A stretch of 64,000 nt of DNA from an uncultured Verrucomicrobiae bacterium (GCA_963789055.1 CAWBJE010000002.1:304563-368562), one strand, 5' to 3'; numbered from the stretch's first letter, positions 28,388-37,765 are shown. Translations and numbers: made by a program. Notes: generated by a model not told the origin, from the letters alone.

Positions 28388-29263
28388 ATGAAATTATCTT
28401 TGCCCATTCTTGGGCTGTCGTTGCTGACAATTTTCAGCGCATCGGCGCAGGTGAGCGTGGAAGTCGTGTTGGACCAGGAACAATTTCTGCCCAGCGAATC
28501 GCTGCCGGTGGCGGTGCGCATCACGAACCGCTCCGGCCAGACGCTGCGCTTGGGCGCAGACCCGCATTGGCTCACGTTCAGCGTGGAATCGGTGGACGGC
28601 CCGGTGGTCGTCAAAAAAACCGATGTGCCGGTGCAGGGCGAATTTGCTGTGGGTTCATCCGAGATGGCCACCAAGCGCGTGGATCTGGCTCCGTATTATG
28701 CGCTGACGCGCGAGGGGACTTATCGCGTCACCGCCACCGTGCACATCAAAGATTGGGGTGTGGACATTCCCAGTGCGCCGAAAACCTTTAACGTAATTAA
28801 CGGCGCAAAAATATGGTCGCAGGCTTTTGGCCTGCCCATGCCCCCCGGGGTGACGAATGGTGCGCCGGAAGTCCGCAAATATACTTTGGAGGAGGCGAAT
28901 TATCTGCGTTCGCAACTGCGGATGTATGTGCAGGTGAGCGACGAATCCGAAACGCACATTTTCAAGGTCCGCGTGATCGGCCCGATGGTATCGTTCAGCC
29001 AGCCGGAGGCGCAACTGGACCGGCTTTGTAATTTGCACGTGATCTACCAAAGCGGGGCGCGCGTCTTCACCTACACGGTAGTCAGTCCTGACGGAGACAT
29101 CCTGCGCCAGGAAATGTTCGACTATTTCAACACGCGCCCGCGTTTGCACACCGATGACAACGGTAATATTTCTGTTCTCGGCGGCTCGCGCCGGGTGAAA
29201 CCGGATGTCACGCCGGTGGTGAGACCGCCAAGCGAAGTGCCCGCCGTTCCTGCGAAACCTTGA
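28388..29263 (+). CDS. Hypothetical secreted protein
   Basis: The start was set at ATG 28388, which gives the signal peptide MKLSLPILGLSLLTIFSASAQ. The sequence is beta-rich with no recognised motif. Confidence 0.6.
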   Translation: MKLSLPILGLSLLTIFSASAQVSVEVVLDQEQFLPSESLPVAVRITNRSGQTLRLGADPHWLTFSVESVDGPVVVKKTDVPVQGEFAVGSSEMATKRVDLAPYYALTREGTYRVTATVHIKDWGVDIPSAPKTFNVINGAKIWSQAFGLPMPPGVTNGAPEVRKYTLEEANYLRSQLRMYVQVSDESETHIFKVRVIGPMVSFSQPEAQLDRLCNLHVIYQSGARVFTYTVVSPDGDILRQEMFDYFNTRPRLHTDDNGNISVLGGSRRVKPDVTPVVRPPSEVPAVPAKP

Positions 29264-29272
29264 ATGCGCTGG

Positions 29273-30322
29273 TTATTGCATCAATTCGTCCTTTGACGTC
29301 ACCTGCTCTTGTATTTTTTTCACAATCATCGTGGCCCGGCTAACGGCGTTGTCCTGCGTTTCTCCGAGGAAAGATTTTAATTCCACTCGCACCGCCGCAA
29401 TCGTATCACCGTTCCGGTCGTGCAATGGCAGCGCAACCACAACCGTCCCCCGGCTCCGACCAAAATAAGTTTTGTCGTCAGTGATGGCTCCTTTTTCGGC
29501 ATCAGTGCCCGCCTGGCCAATTTCCTTTTCCAGTTTGCTGGCGATGACGCGCGGCTGGCCCTGTCCATCGAGCGTGTAGAGTCGCAGCCCTACAATGCGC
29601 GGCTGTTGCTTCAAAATGCCCCGCACCACTTCCTGGGCCTTCGGCACCAGCGGCGTGTAAGTGATGGTGGTGTCGCCGAAATGACTTATGGCGTCGGACT
29701 TCGTCCAAAACCCGATTTTACCGGTGGCAAATGAATTATCGTGCAATATCGGCATCAACAGGTCGCCGTCCAGCCAACAGGTGATTTGATTGCCCTGGCA
29801 TTGCACCGCCAGCGTGTGCCAGGTGTTGGTGGATACAACCATTTCCGGACCGATGGGGTCGGAACGGGCGCCGTTTACGACCTTGTAAAAACGCACGTTC
29901 TTCCCCAGCGCGCTGGCGCGGATGACGTAAAAATTGGATGCATTTTGATAACGAAACACCACGCCGGCCATTTGCTCGGCAATACCGCCAACAATTTTGA
30001 ACCGGGCCGTGAGGTTGAAATCCTGAAACGTCTCGCCGTCGTAAATCAGCATCGGGAACCGCTCATCCGTCGGGTCGGTGCTGGTTTGCGCGACCACGGC
30101 GCGACGCGCGATTATCGGTGCCTGCGGGGAGAGCGGTGCCAGCAACGGCGGCACCTCGTCCATGACGACTTTCCATTCGCCGGGCCGGCCGCCGCCCGCC
30201 AGCGCAGCGTGAAAATGGGGCGGCACCCCGTTGGTTGCCGTGTCGCCGAAATCAAATTTGATTTCCGCGCCGACAACCGGCAAGGCTAAAGCCAGCCATA
30301 TACCGAGAAGAAATTTTCGCAT
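29273..30322 (-). CDS. Secreted protein with an N-terminal DUF1080/LamG-like (concanavalin-type) domain and an unknown C-terminal domain
   Basis: Signal peptide MRKFLLGIWLALALPVVGA. DUF1080-like pattern FDFGD...GEWKVV...FRYQNASNFYVIRASALGKNVRFYKV...WHTLAVQCQGNQITCWLDG...GKIGFWTKSD. Confidence 0.6.
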   Translation of the reverse strand: MRKFLLGIWLALALPVVGAEIKFDFGDTATNGVPPHFHAALAGGGRPGEWKVVMDEVPPLLAPLSPQAPIIARRAVVAQTSTDPTDERFPMLIYDGETFQDFNLTARFKIVGGIAEQMAGVVFRYQNASNFYVIRASALGKNVRFYKVVNGARSDPIGPEMVVSTNTWHTLAVQCQGNQITCWLDGDLLMPILHDNSFATGKIGFWTKSDAISHFGDTTITYTPLVPKAQEVVRGILKQQPRIVGLRLYTLDGQGQPRVIASKLEKEIGQAGTDAEKGAITDDKTYFGRSRGTVVVALPLHDRNGDTIAAVRVELKSFLGETQDNAVSRATMIVKKIQEQVTSKDELMQ

Positions 30323-30375
30323 TCCGCGCAGCGTAACAAAAAGCATTGGGACGACAAGGAGAGTCTGAATTTCCC

Positions 30376-30448
30376 GGGAGCGCCGGCGTCTCGCCGGCTG
30401 GCCGCATCGTAATAACCCGTCCTTTGCCAGCGGGACGCTGGCGCTCCC
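30376..30448. repeat. GC-rich imperfect palindrome (REP-like) just downstream of hypE
   Basis: The arms are GGGAGCGCCGGCGTCTCGCCGGCTGGC (30376-30402) and GCCAGCGGGACGCTGGCGCTCCC (30426-30448). Confidence 0.7.
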
Positions 30449-30454
30449 AGAGGC

Positions 30455-31510
30455 TCAACAAATTCGTGGCAACTGTTCACCACTCGGCATGTCCAAAATC
30501 CGGCTGGCACCGATCGCACTTCTTAGTGTGACCAGTGGAGCGGAGCTTTCGGTCACCTGCCCGATGCTGGCCGCTGTCGTTCCGGCGGCGCAGGCGCGCA
30601 TGATTTTCAAGGCGCGTTCTGCGTCTTTCGCCGGGACAAATGCCGCAAACCGTCCCTCACACGCGACGTGCAAGGGATCCAGGCCCAACATTTCACAAGC
30701 GGCATGGACGTCTTCGCGCACGGGTACGGATTTTTCCTCAACGGCAATTTTGACGCTGGCGGCTTCAGCGATTTCGTTAAGCGCGCTGGCCAGTCCGCCA
30801 CGCGTCAAATCACGCAAACAGTGTATTTCCACTCCGGCCTCGAGGAGTTTCAGGACAATCTCATGAACCGGTGCGGAATCGCTCTCAATCCGGCTTTCGA
30901 ATGCCAAACCCTCTCGTACCGCCATGATTGCCATGCCATGCCGGCCTAAATCGCCGCTGACCAGAACAGCGTCGCCGGGCCGCACATTTTGCGGCGCGAT
31001 TTTCTGCTGGTGTTCAATGACGCCGATGCCGGCGGTGTTGATGAACAACCCGTCGCCCTTGCCCTTGTCCACGACCTTCGTGTCGCCGGTAATGATTTGT
31101 ACGCCGCACCGCTTTGCCGCATCGCGCATCGAGCAGACCACCCGCCAGAGTGTTTCCATCGGCAAACCCTCCTCCAAAATGAATGCACTGCTGAGATAAA
31201 CAGGCCGTGCCCCGCTCATGGCCAGGTCGTTCACCGTGCCATGGACAGCCATCGAGCCAATATCGCCGCCCGGGAAAAAAATCGGCCGCACGACATAGGA
31301 GTCGGTCGTAAAAGCGAGCTTTTTGCCTGTCCAATCAACCACCGCCGAGTCATGGTGAGTTTCCAGCAACGGATTGTTAAATGCCGCCAGAAACATTTTG
31401 CCGATGAGCTGGTGCATCAGTCTGCCTCCGCCGCCATGCGCCATCAGCACATGAGGATACTGCGAAATGGGAATTGGACAGCTTGCTCCCAAATTAATCT
31501 TTTTTTCCAT
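30455..31510 (-). CDS. hypE: Hydrogenase maturation protein HypE
   Basis: N-terminus [25 protein letters not shown]-synthase-like fold and the C-terminal PRIC motif. Confidence 0.93.
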   Translation of the reverse strand: MEKKINLGASCPIPISQYPHVLMAHGGGGRLMHQLIGKMFLAAFNNPLLETHHDSAVVDWTGKKLAFTTDSYVVRPIFFPGGDIGSMAVHGTVNDLAMSGARPVYLSSAFILEEGLPMETLWRVVCSMRDAAKRCGVQIITGDTKVVDKGKGDGLFINTAGIGVIEHQQKIAPQNVRPGDAVLVSGDLGRHGMAIMAVREGLAFESRIESDSAPVHEIVLKLLEAGVEIHCLRDLTRGGLASALNEIAEAASVKIAVEEKSVPVREDVHAACEMLGLDPLHVACEGRFAAFVPAKDAERALKIMRACAAGTTAASIGQVTESSAPLVTLRSAIGASRILDMPSGEQLPRIC

Positions 31511-31542
31511 GACGGCCTAATGTTTTCACCTGCGATATGGTG

Positions 31543-31597
31543 GTAGGGCGGCGCTGCCGCGCCGCCGGACATGGCGGACCGGCAGGTCCGCCCTGCC
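31543..31597. repeat. GC-rich imperfect palindrome (REP-like) in the hypD|hypE spacer
   Basis: The arms are GTAGGGCGGCGCTGCCGCGCCGCC and GGCGGACCGGCAGGTCCGCCCTGCC. Confidence 0.7.
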
Positions 31598-31633
31598 AAT
31601 TTATATCAAATGATTCTCCCCTCTGCGATCCAA

Positions 31634-31661
31634 TCGTAAATCGTCATTCGTAAATCGTAAA
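31634..31661. repeat. Tandem heptamers TCGTAAA TCGTCAT TCGTAAA TCGTAAA
   Basis: Read directly from the sequence. The array abuts the hypD stop codon (31663-31665) and uses the same unit as the array at 46476-46503. Confidence 0.8.
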
Positions 31662-31662
31662 T

Positions 31663-32748
31663 TCAATGTCGCCGATAGCGATAGTAAGCCGCGCAGGCGC
31701 CCTCGCTCGATACCATCGTCGCGCCCAGCGGATGCTCCGGGGTGCATTTCGTGCCGAAAGCCGGACATTCGTGCGGTTTGATTTGTCCCTGCAAAACCAG
31801 GCCGCTAAGGCATTCGGTCGACTCTTCCACGTGATGCTCGGCCAGACCGAACTTCTTTTCGGCATCGAACGCGGCGTAAGTGTCGTTCAAGCCGAGGCCG
31901 CTCTGCGGAATTTCGCCCACGCCGCGCCACTTGCGCGGCACGACTTTGAAAACCTTGCGAATCAACTCCTGCGCCGGCTGGTTGCCCTCGCGCCGCACCG
32001 ACCGGGTGTACTGGTTCTCAACCTCGGCCCGGCCGGATTCCAATTGCCGCACCACCATCAGCACGCCCTGCAGAATATCCAGCGGCTCGAAACCGGTGAC
32101 GACAATCGGTACATGATATTTCGCCGCCAGCGGCGGGTATTCCCAATAACCCATCACCGTGCAGACGTGTCCGGCGGCGAGAAAACCCTGCACCTTGCAG
32201 TTCGGCGACGACATCAGCGCCTCGATTGCCGGCGGCACGAGCACGTGCGAAATGAGCATGGAAAAATTCTTCAACCCTTTCTGCGCCGCCTGATAAATCG
32301 CCATGGCCGTGGCCGGTGCGGTGGTTTCAAAACCCACGCCGAAGAAAACAATCTCTTTCGCCGGATTTTGTTCCGCCAGTTTCACGGCATCCAATGGCGA
32401 ATAAACGATGCGCACGTCGCCGCCCCTGGCTTTGACCGCAAGCAAATCCGTCGTGCTGCCCGGCACGCGCAACATGTCGCCGAACGAGGCGAAAATAACG
32501 CCGGGCCGCGCCGCAATTTCCAGCGCTTTGTCGATGATTTCCAGCGGCGTCACACATACCGGACAACCCGGCCCGTGAATCAGCGTGATTTGTTTGGGCA
32601 GCAATTCGTCGATGCCGAACTTGACGATGGCGTGTGTCTGGCCGCCGCAAACTTCCATAATGTTCCATGGCCGGGTCGTGACCTGATGAATCTCCCGCGC
32701 AATCTTCTGCGCGAAGTCCGCATCACGATATTCGTCCAGATATTTCAT
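31663..32748 (-). CDS. hypD: Hydrogenase maturation protein HypD
   Basis: MKYLDEYRD..., conserved EVCGGQTH and [11 protein letters not shown] motifs; 361 aa. Confidence 0.95.
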   Translation of the reverse strand: MKYLDEYRDADFAQKIAREIHQVTTRPWNIMEVCGGQTHAIVKFGIDELLPKQITLIHGPGCPVCVTPLEIIDKALEIAARPGVIFASFGDMLRVPGSTTDLLAVKARGGDVRIVYSPLDAVKLAEQNPAKEIVFFGVGFETTAPATAMAIYQAAQKGLKNFSMLISHVLVPPAIEALMSSPNCKVQGFLAAGHVCTVMGYWEYPPLAAKYHVPIVVTGFEPLDILQGVLMVVRQLESGRAEVENQYTRSVRREGNQPAQELIRKVFKVVPRKWRGVGEIPQSGLGLNDTYAAFDAEKKFGLAEHHVEESTECLSGLVLQGQIKPHECPAFGTKCTPEHPLGATMVSSEGACAAYYRYRRH

Positions 32749-32758
32749 TTTATTTGGT

Positions 32759-32802
32759 GGGGCGAGCGTACTCGCGAGCCGGCTCGTTGTTCGCCTCGCC
32801 CC
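32759..32802. repeat. GC-rich hairpin in the hypC|hypD spacer
   Basis: The outer stem GGGGCGAG / CTCGCCCC encloses the inner palindrome CGAGCCGGCTCG. Confidence 0.6.
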
Positions 32803-32816
32803 GCCGATTCAAATTG

Positions 32817-33098
32817 TCAGCCGGTCTTTTTGGGCGGAACCGGCGCATCGTCCTCCTTCAATTCACTCAAGTCCTCCATCTCCTTCAGGTATTCAAAAAC
32901 CTTTTGTGCCTCGGCTTCGTCAAGCCGGCTGAGCGCAAACCCGACGTGCACAATGACATAATCGCCGACCTTGGCCTCCGGCACGTAAGCCAGACAGGCT
33001 TCCTTGAGGACGCCGCCGAAATTGACTTTGCCCGTGCGCGTCAATCCCGATTCATCGGGACTGATGCTCTCAATTTTTCCTGGAATGGCCAAACACAT
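32817..33098 (-). CDS. hypC: Hydrogenase maturation chaperone HypC/HybG/HupF family
   Basis: N-terminal MCLAIPGKI; 93 aa. Confidence 0.93.
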   Translation of the reverse strand: MCLAIPGKIESISPDESGLTRTGKVNFGGVLKEACLAYVPEAKVGDYVIVHVGFALSRLDEAEAQKVFEYLKEMEDLSELKEDDAPVPPKKTG

Positions 33099-33109
33099 GG
33101 TCTTCCATT

Positions 33110-35494
33110 CTAACGTATCTGGCGCAGGGCAGCAATGACTTGTCCCAGTGCTATCCCGCCGTCGTTCGGCGGCACGCGCTGATGCCAGTACGGTCGAAAA
33201 CCCTCCGCCTGCAACCGCCGCACGGTTCGTTCGGTGAGATAACGGTTCTGAAAACAGCCGCCGGAAAGCACCACTCGCTCCTGCCCGGCACGTTTGGCGA
33301 CGGCGACAATGCCTTCGGCCAGCGCGTTATGGAATTTGGCGGAGATGATACCGATGGAAACACCATTTTTGACGTTGGACAGGATCGACTCGATCATCGG
33401 GGACCAATCCAGGACAATTGCGGATTGCGGATTGCGGATTGTGGATTTGTTGACCGGAGAAGACACCGTTTCAATTGGCAATTGGCAATCGACAATCGGC
33501 AATGAATAAGCTTCATCGGTTTCGATACCATCGAGGGCAAACTCCAGTTCCATTGCGGCCTGACCCTCGAACCGGATTTTCTGACGAAGATTGACGAGTG
33601 ACGCCACGGCATCGAACAACCGACCCGCGCTCGTTGTCACTGGCGAGTTTAACTTTTTCTCCAGCATGGTTTTCAGTGCGGTCAATTCTTGTGGCGAAAA
33701 CGTCTGACGTAATTCGTGTTGCATATGCAACAAAAGGTTGTCTTGGCTGCCGGACATCTCATGGAGCAATCCGAGCGCGGAGCGGCGCGGTTCCTTGACC
33801 GCCTGGTCGCCACCCGGCAGCCGGAACGGACGCAAATGGGCAATGCGTTCGACATTTTCGGCCGTGACGAGGAAAAATTCGCCGCCCCAGACCGTGCCGT
33901 CCAAACCATAGCCGGTGCCGTCCCACGACACGCCCAAGACCGGCGGCACAATTTCATTCTCGGCCATGCACGACAGAACGTGCGCGATGTGGTGTTGGAC
34001 GCCAACGTGGCACAGACCTCCGGTCTGTGTTTTGCTCACAGGCCGGGAGGCCTGTGCCACAAATTCTTTCGCATACTTCGTCGAGAGATAATCCGGATGC
34101 AAATCGGCGGCGATGATTTGCGGTTTGGCTTCGTAAAGTTTCTGGAAATCGTCGATCACGCGGCAGAACGCGTCATAAGCCGGCTCGGTTTCCAAATCGC
34201 CAATGTGTTGGCTGATGAAAACCTGATTGCCGACGGACAAAGCAACGCAGTTTTTCAGATGCGCGCCAACGGCCAGAATTGGTTGAGGGTTGAGAGTTGA
34301 GAGTTGAGGGTTGAGCGTGATAGGTAATGGTGCGTAGCCTCTCGCTCGTCTCAACACTAATTCACGGTCGAGCATCACGCGCACAATCGAATCATCCACG
34401 TGCCGCACAATCGGGCGGTTATGGACCAGAAACACATCGGCAATGCCGCCCAATCGCTCCAGGGCTTCGTGTTCATCGGTGCAAATCGGTTCATCGCTTA
34501 AATTGCCGCTGGTGGCGACGACCGGAAAACCGAGTTCGGCCAGCAGCAAATGATGCAACGGTGTGTAGGGCAGCATTACGCCGAGATGGGGATTGTTTGG
34601 GGCAACGGAAGTTGAGGGTTGAGAGTTGAGAATTGAGCGTCGCCGGAGCAGCACGATGGGTGATTCGGGTGAGCGGAGCAGGCGCTCTTCCAAAGGCGAG
34701 ACTTCACAGACGGCTTTTATGCTTTCCAACGTCGGGAACATGAGCGCGAAGGGTTTTTCCTCGCGCTGTTTGCGCTCGCGCAAAAGTTGAACCGCCTTTT
34801 CGTTGCGCGCGTCCACCATCAGGTGAAATCCACCGAGTCCCTTCACAGCAACAATTTGACCCCGGCGAATTACCCGAGCCGCGGCGTGCAGAGCCTGGTG
34901 CCCGCCAAAGACCGCTTCGCCAGCCGGATTCCACAGTTCAAGGTGTGGCCCGCAAATCGGACAGGCATTTGGTTGCGCGTGGAAACGGCGGTCGCGCGGA
35001 TCGTTGTATTCAGTCTGGCATAGCGGACACATCGTGAACATTTTCATCGAGGTGTTCGCGCGGTCATAGGGCAGGGATTCGATGATGCTGAAACGGGGGC
35101 CGCAATTCGTGCAATTGGTGAACGGATAATGGTAACGGCGATTTTGGGGATCGAAGATTTCGCGCAGACAATCCGGACAGGTGGCAATGTCCGGCAACAC
35201 CAGCGCGGTTTTGTCGCCGCCGGTTTCGCTGGCACGGATCTCAAAGTTTTCATAGCCAACGGGGTCGAGCCATGAGGCTTCGAGGCTTTGGATGAAACTG
35301 CGCACGGGCTTTTCTGCTTCGAGACGCAGGAGAAATCGTTCGAGCCTGGCTCGCGGGCCTTCTACCTCGATGAAGACGCCCTGCGGCGAATTGTTGACCC
35401 AGCCGGTCAGACCGAGCTCGGTAGCCAGGTGATGGACAAATGGACGGAAACCGACGCCCTGCACCGCGCCCCGAACAGTAAGCTTGAGGCGCAT
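33110..35494 (-). CDS. hypF: Carbamoyltransferase HypF
   Basis: The start was set at ATG 35494 (MRLKLTVRGAVQGVGFRPFVHHLA, acylphosphatase domain). Two zinc-finger pairs are present (CPDCLREIFDPQNRRYHYPFTNCTNCGPRFSI and CPLCQTEYNDPRDRRFHAQPNACPICGP), followed by YrdC-like and Kae1-like regions. Confidence 0.93.
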   Translation of the reverse strand: MRLKLTVRGAVQGVGFRPFVHHLATELGLTGWVNNSPQGVFIEVEGPRARLERFLLRLEAEKPVRSFIQSLEASWLDPVGYENFEIRASETGGDKTALVLPDIATCPDCLREIFDPQNRRYHYPFTNCTNCGPRFSIIESLPYDRANTSMKMFTMCPLCQTEYNDPRDRRFHAQPNACPICGPHLELWNPAGEAVFGGHQALHAAARVIRRGQIVAVKGLGGFHLMVDARNEKAVQLLRERKQREEKPFALMFPTLESIKAVCEVSPLEERLLRSPESPIVLLRRRSILNSQPSTSVAPNNPHLGVMLPYTPLHHLLLAELGFPVVATSGNLSDEPICTDEHEALERLGGIADVFLVHNRPIVRHVDDSIVRVMLDRELVLRRARGYAPLPITLNPQLSTLNPQPILAVGAHLKNCVALSVGNQVFISQHIGDLETEPAYDAFCRVIDDFQKLYEAKPQIIAADLHPDYLSTKYAKEFVAQASRPVSKTQTGGLCHVGVQHHIAHVLSCMAENEIVPPVLGVSWDGTGYGLDGTVWGGEFFLVTAENVERIAHLRPFRLPGGDQAVKEPRRSALGLLHEMSGSQDNLLLHMQHELRQTFSPQELTALKTMLEKKLNSPVTTSAGRLFDAVASLVNLRQKIRFEGQAAMELEFALDGIETDEAYSLPIVDCQLPIETVSSPVNKSTIRNPQSAIVLDWSPMIESILSNVKNGVSIGIISAKFHNALAEGIVAVAKRAGQERVVLSGGCFQNRYLTERTVRRLQAEGFRPYWHQRVPPNDGGIALGQVIAALRQIR
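33420..33506. repeat. Two heptamer arrays inside hypF: (GCGGATT)x3+GTGGATT, then CAATTGG CAATTGG CAATCGA CAATCGG CAATGAA
   Basis: The arrays are at 33420-33447 and 33472-33506. On the coding strand they translate as IVDCQLPIETVSSPVNKSTIRNPQSAIVLDW. Confidence 0.8.
34281..34316. repeat. Heptamer array GGTTGAG GGTTGAG AGTTGAG AGTTGAG GGTTGAG inside hypF
   Basis: Read directly from the sequence. On the coding strand it translates as LNPQLSTLNPQP. Confidence 0.8.
34609..34637. repeat. Heptamer array AGTTGAG GGTTGAG AGTTGAG AATTGAG inside hypF
   Basis: Read directly from the sequence. On the coding strand it translates as ILNSQPSTS. Confidence 0.8.
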
Positions 35495-35589
35495 GCGTTG
35501 GCTGGCAGGTCCGGCTTTCTTCACGCGGAGATTTTGTCCGAAGCGGCTCCGAATTAAAAGCGGAAGGTAAATCCTGTCCCTGTTCGAGC

Positions 35590-35627
35590 ACAATTCGCCC
35601 CTCAAATCCGCCAACGCGTCCCAAAAT
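35590..35627 (+). promoter_or_regulatory. Copy C of the conserved intergenic motif (one extra A in the last block)
   Basis: acaattcgcccctcaaatccgccaacgcgtcccaaaat ends 52 nt before ATG 35680. Confidence 0.35.
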
Positions 35628-35679
35628 CCTTAAATTTGGGTCCGTTCCTGTCAAACTGCGCCAAACTACACCTGATGCT

Positions 35680-35835
35680 ATGACTAACTATGTTGTCCGA
35701 CGCGTGGGAAAGCTGCTGTTCCCGCACCTCGCGCGCGACCAGCGTAACCAAAAAATGTCCGTTATCCTGTGGGTCCTGGGAACCAGTCTGTCCGTTGCGT
35801 ACATTCTGGCGCTTTTGCTGAAGCGCCGTGGCTGA
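35680..35835 (+). CDS. Possible small membrane protein (51 aa), absent from the ORF track because it is under 60 aa
   Basis: ATG...TGA gives MTNYVVRRVGKLLFPHLARDQRNQKMSVILWVLGTSLSVAYILALLLKRRG, with one clear TM helix and a basic end. It sits just downstream of motif copy C. Confidence 0.3.
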   Translation: MTNYVVRRVGKLLFPHLARDQRNQKMSVILWVLGTSLSVAYILALLLKRRG

Positions 35836-36084
35836 AATCCGGCCGGTAAAACGGATTTAACGCCTGAACGCCGCCGCCGGCGAGAACAGGGCCAAGCCCA
35901 TTTCATTCAACTTTTTTCTCAACCTTTCCGGACGGATTCCTAAGTACACAGTAAAGACGCGAATTGTGGGCAGTGTTTCAATTGGACGGTTGTAGCGTCG
36001 GCGCTCGGCGCCGACTTCGAGCCAGAGGCTCGACCCTGTACCAAATTAAACCAGTACCGAATTATAAAAAAACACGGGTGCCTT

Positions 36085-36702
36085 ATGAAAATAATGAATT
36101 GTTTTCCCCTGACCATCACCATGCTGGCGATCAGCGTCAGCCTCAACGTTCTCGCCGGGCCTTCCTCAGGCCAGGTGGACTTTGGCAAATTCACCCCGCC
36201 GGATGGCGACAGTGAATTTGTGGAAATCCAGATCAGCAGCAACCTGCTGTCGATTGCCGCCCAGATGATCGAGAAGCAGTCCCCCGAGGCGGCCAGACTC
36301 GTGCGCAGCGTGGAACTCATCCACGTGAACGTCATCGGGCTCACCGACGCCAACCGCACCGATCTGGTGAAACGGATCCGGCAAATCCGGCATGACCTCG
36401 ACGCCGCGGGTTGGGAATCCAACATGACGGTGCGGGAAAAGAGCGGCGAAGACGTCGGGGTTTACACCAAAACGCGCGGCGGTCAGTTGCTGGCGGGACT
36501 TGTCATCACGGTGATCGAACCGAAAGAGGAAGTCGTGCTGATCAACATTGTTGGCGACATCCGGCCTGAACAGGTTGCCGTCCTGGGCGAGAAATTGAAT
36601 ATCGAACCACTCAAAAAAATTGGAGCTGCTTTAAAGGACGCGGCTCCCAAAGAGTCACCGTCCAAAGACGCGACCCCGGAAGAATCTGGTGCGAAGAAGT
36701 GA
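36085..36702 (+). CDS. DUF4252 domain-containing secreted protein
   Basis: A signal peptide is followed by VDFGKF...EFVEIQISSNLLSIAAQM...VELIHVNVIGL...VVLINIVGDI, a pattern typical of DUF4252. Confidence 0.7.
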   Translation: MKIMNCFPLTITMLAISVSLNVLAGPSSGQVDFGKFTPPDGDSEFVEIQISSNLLSIAAQMIEKQSPEAARLVRSVELIHVNVIGLTDANRTDLVKRIRQIRHDLDAAGWESNMTVREKSGEDVGVYTKTRGGQLLAGLVITVIEPKEEVVLINIVGDIRPEQVAVLGEKLNIEPLKKIGAALKDAAPKESPSKDATPEESGAKK

Positions 36703-36769
36703 TGGGTTGGGTGGTGGCAGGCGCGGCCGGTCATTTGGCCGACCGCGCCGCCGAAACCTAAGCCACTTT

Positions 36770-37396
36770 ATGACCATGAATCCGCCTTTCCCTCCGGCAC
36801 CGCGCCAACCAGGCCGCCGACTATGGCTCTGGGTTCTCTTCGCAGGCCTGATCATTCCACTGGTGATGCTTGTTCTGCTTATCGTCACCGTAGCCAATTG
36901 CTTTCGCTTGAGTTCCGAGACCCGAACTTTGCGCGATGAATTGATCAAGTCCAGCGGCGTAGCGTGGCGACAGGAAATTGTCTTGAACGCAGGTTATTTA
37001 CCGGTGTTCGCCGCCCGTGCCGGATTGGTCTGTGTCCCTATGCCCGCCGCAGCGCGCGCCGTCGTTAAGTCTGTCCGGACCGCCAGCGTGGGCGTCTATG
37101 AGTTACCGGCGGCAACACCAGCACCGGACCGCGCCACTTTGCTCGCCGCCGCCGACTCAGCCATGACCGTCCGCGGTTGGGAGCGCGTGGTAGTGGTGAT
37201 GGATGGTGAGGACTTGGTCACGGTATATCTGCCGAAAGAAGTTTCCGTCCATCGCCTGAAATGCTGCGTGATGGTGTTTGACGGAAAGGAGATGGTTCTG
37301 GTTTCCGCCCAAATCAACCCCGAACCGCTCCTTAAATACGCGCTCAATCAACCGGGTTTTTGCTCCCGGACAGGCAAAGTGTCCGACGCTGAATGA
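36770..37396 (+). CDS. Hypothetical membrane-anchored protein, C-terminal part DUF4252-like
   Basis: The start was set at ATG 36770. TM helix LWLWVLFAGLIIPLVMLVLLIVTV. The C-terminal blocks VVVMDGEDLVTVYLPKE and CVMVFDGKEMVLVSAQINPE resemble the upstream paralog. Confidence 0.55.
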   Translation: MTMNPPFPPAPRQPGRRLWLWVLFAGLIIPLVMLVLLIVTVANCFRLSSETRTLRDELIKSSGVAWRQEIVLNAGYLPVFAARAGLVCVPMPAAARAVVKSVRTASVGVYELPAATPAPDRATLLAAADSAMTVRGWERVVVVMDGEDLVTVYLPKEVSVHRLKCCVMVFDGKEMVLVSAQINPEPLLKYALNQPGFCSRTGKVSDAE

Positions 37397-37410
37397 CTGG
37401 CCGGCCGGCC

Positions 37411-37665
37411 TTATTTTTCACGGCGCCAGATGCACTGACCGTCTTTGTACACTTCGCGGACCCGGTGAAAGGGCACGCGATGGAATTGGCCCTTCGCATC
37501 CACCAGCCGGAAGGCGCGCGGATCCTCCGGCGGAAATTCCACGGCTTGAAAAGGAACGAGAATCACCCGCTTTTCTACGCGGTCGAAATAGCCCAGCTCA
37601 AATTGGCCGCGGGCAAAATCGGCGTCCCACCGGATCCGGCTCAGGAGTTCCTGAATGGGTGTCAT
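37411..37665 (-). CDS. DUF504 / MJ1316-type domain protein (84 aa)
   Basis: LLSRIRWD...YFDRVEKRVILVPF...RVPFHRVREVYKDGQCIWRR matches the DUF504 pattern (RI.WD ... IP.HRI ... iW.R). Confidence 0.65.
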   Translation of the reverse strand: MTPIQELLSRIRWDADFARGQFELGYFDRVEKRVILVPFQAVEFPPEDPRAFRLVDAKGQFHRVPFHRVREVYKDGQCIWRREK

Positions 37666-37765
37666 GGTAAATCGTGCCCGCCATCGCGGCGATGCCGGGG
37701 CGATGGATGAGGCCGGTGGGCTTGATTATTTCATCGTGGCAATCATATCGCTGCGGTCGCGGAGT

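Noticed and set aside
31666-32961. 431-aa ORF on the plus strand
   Set aside because: It is antisense to hypD and hypC, and the shadow frame has extreme Arg/His content.
33420-34637. Short-period arrays considered as a CRISPR array (also at 43581-43699, 46423-46503, 56209-56299 and 61118-61215)
   Set aside because: The units are 7-8 nt with no unique spacers between them, several lie inside a coding sequence, and no cas genes are present.
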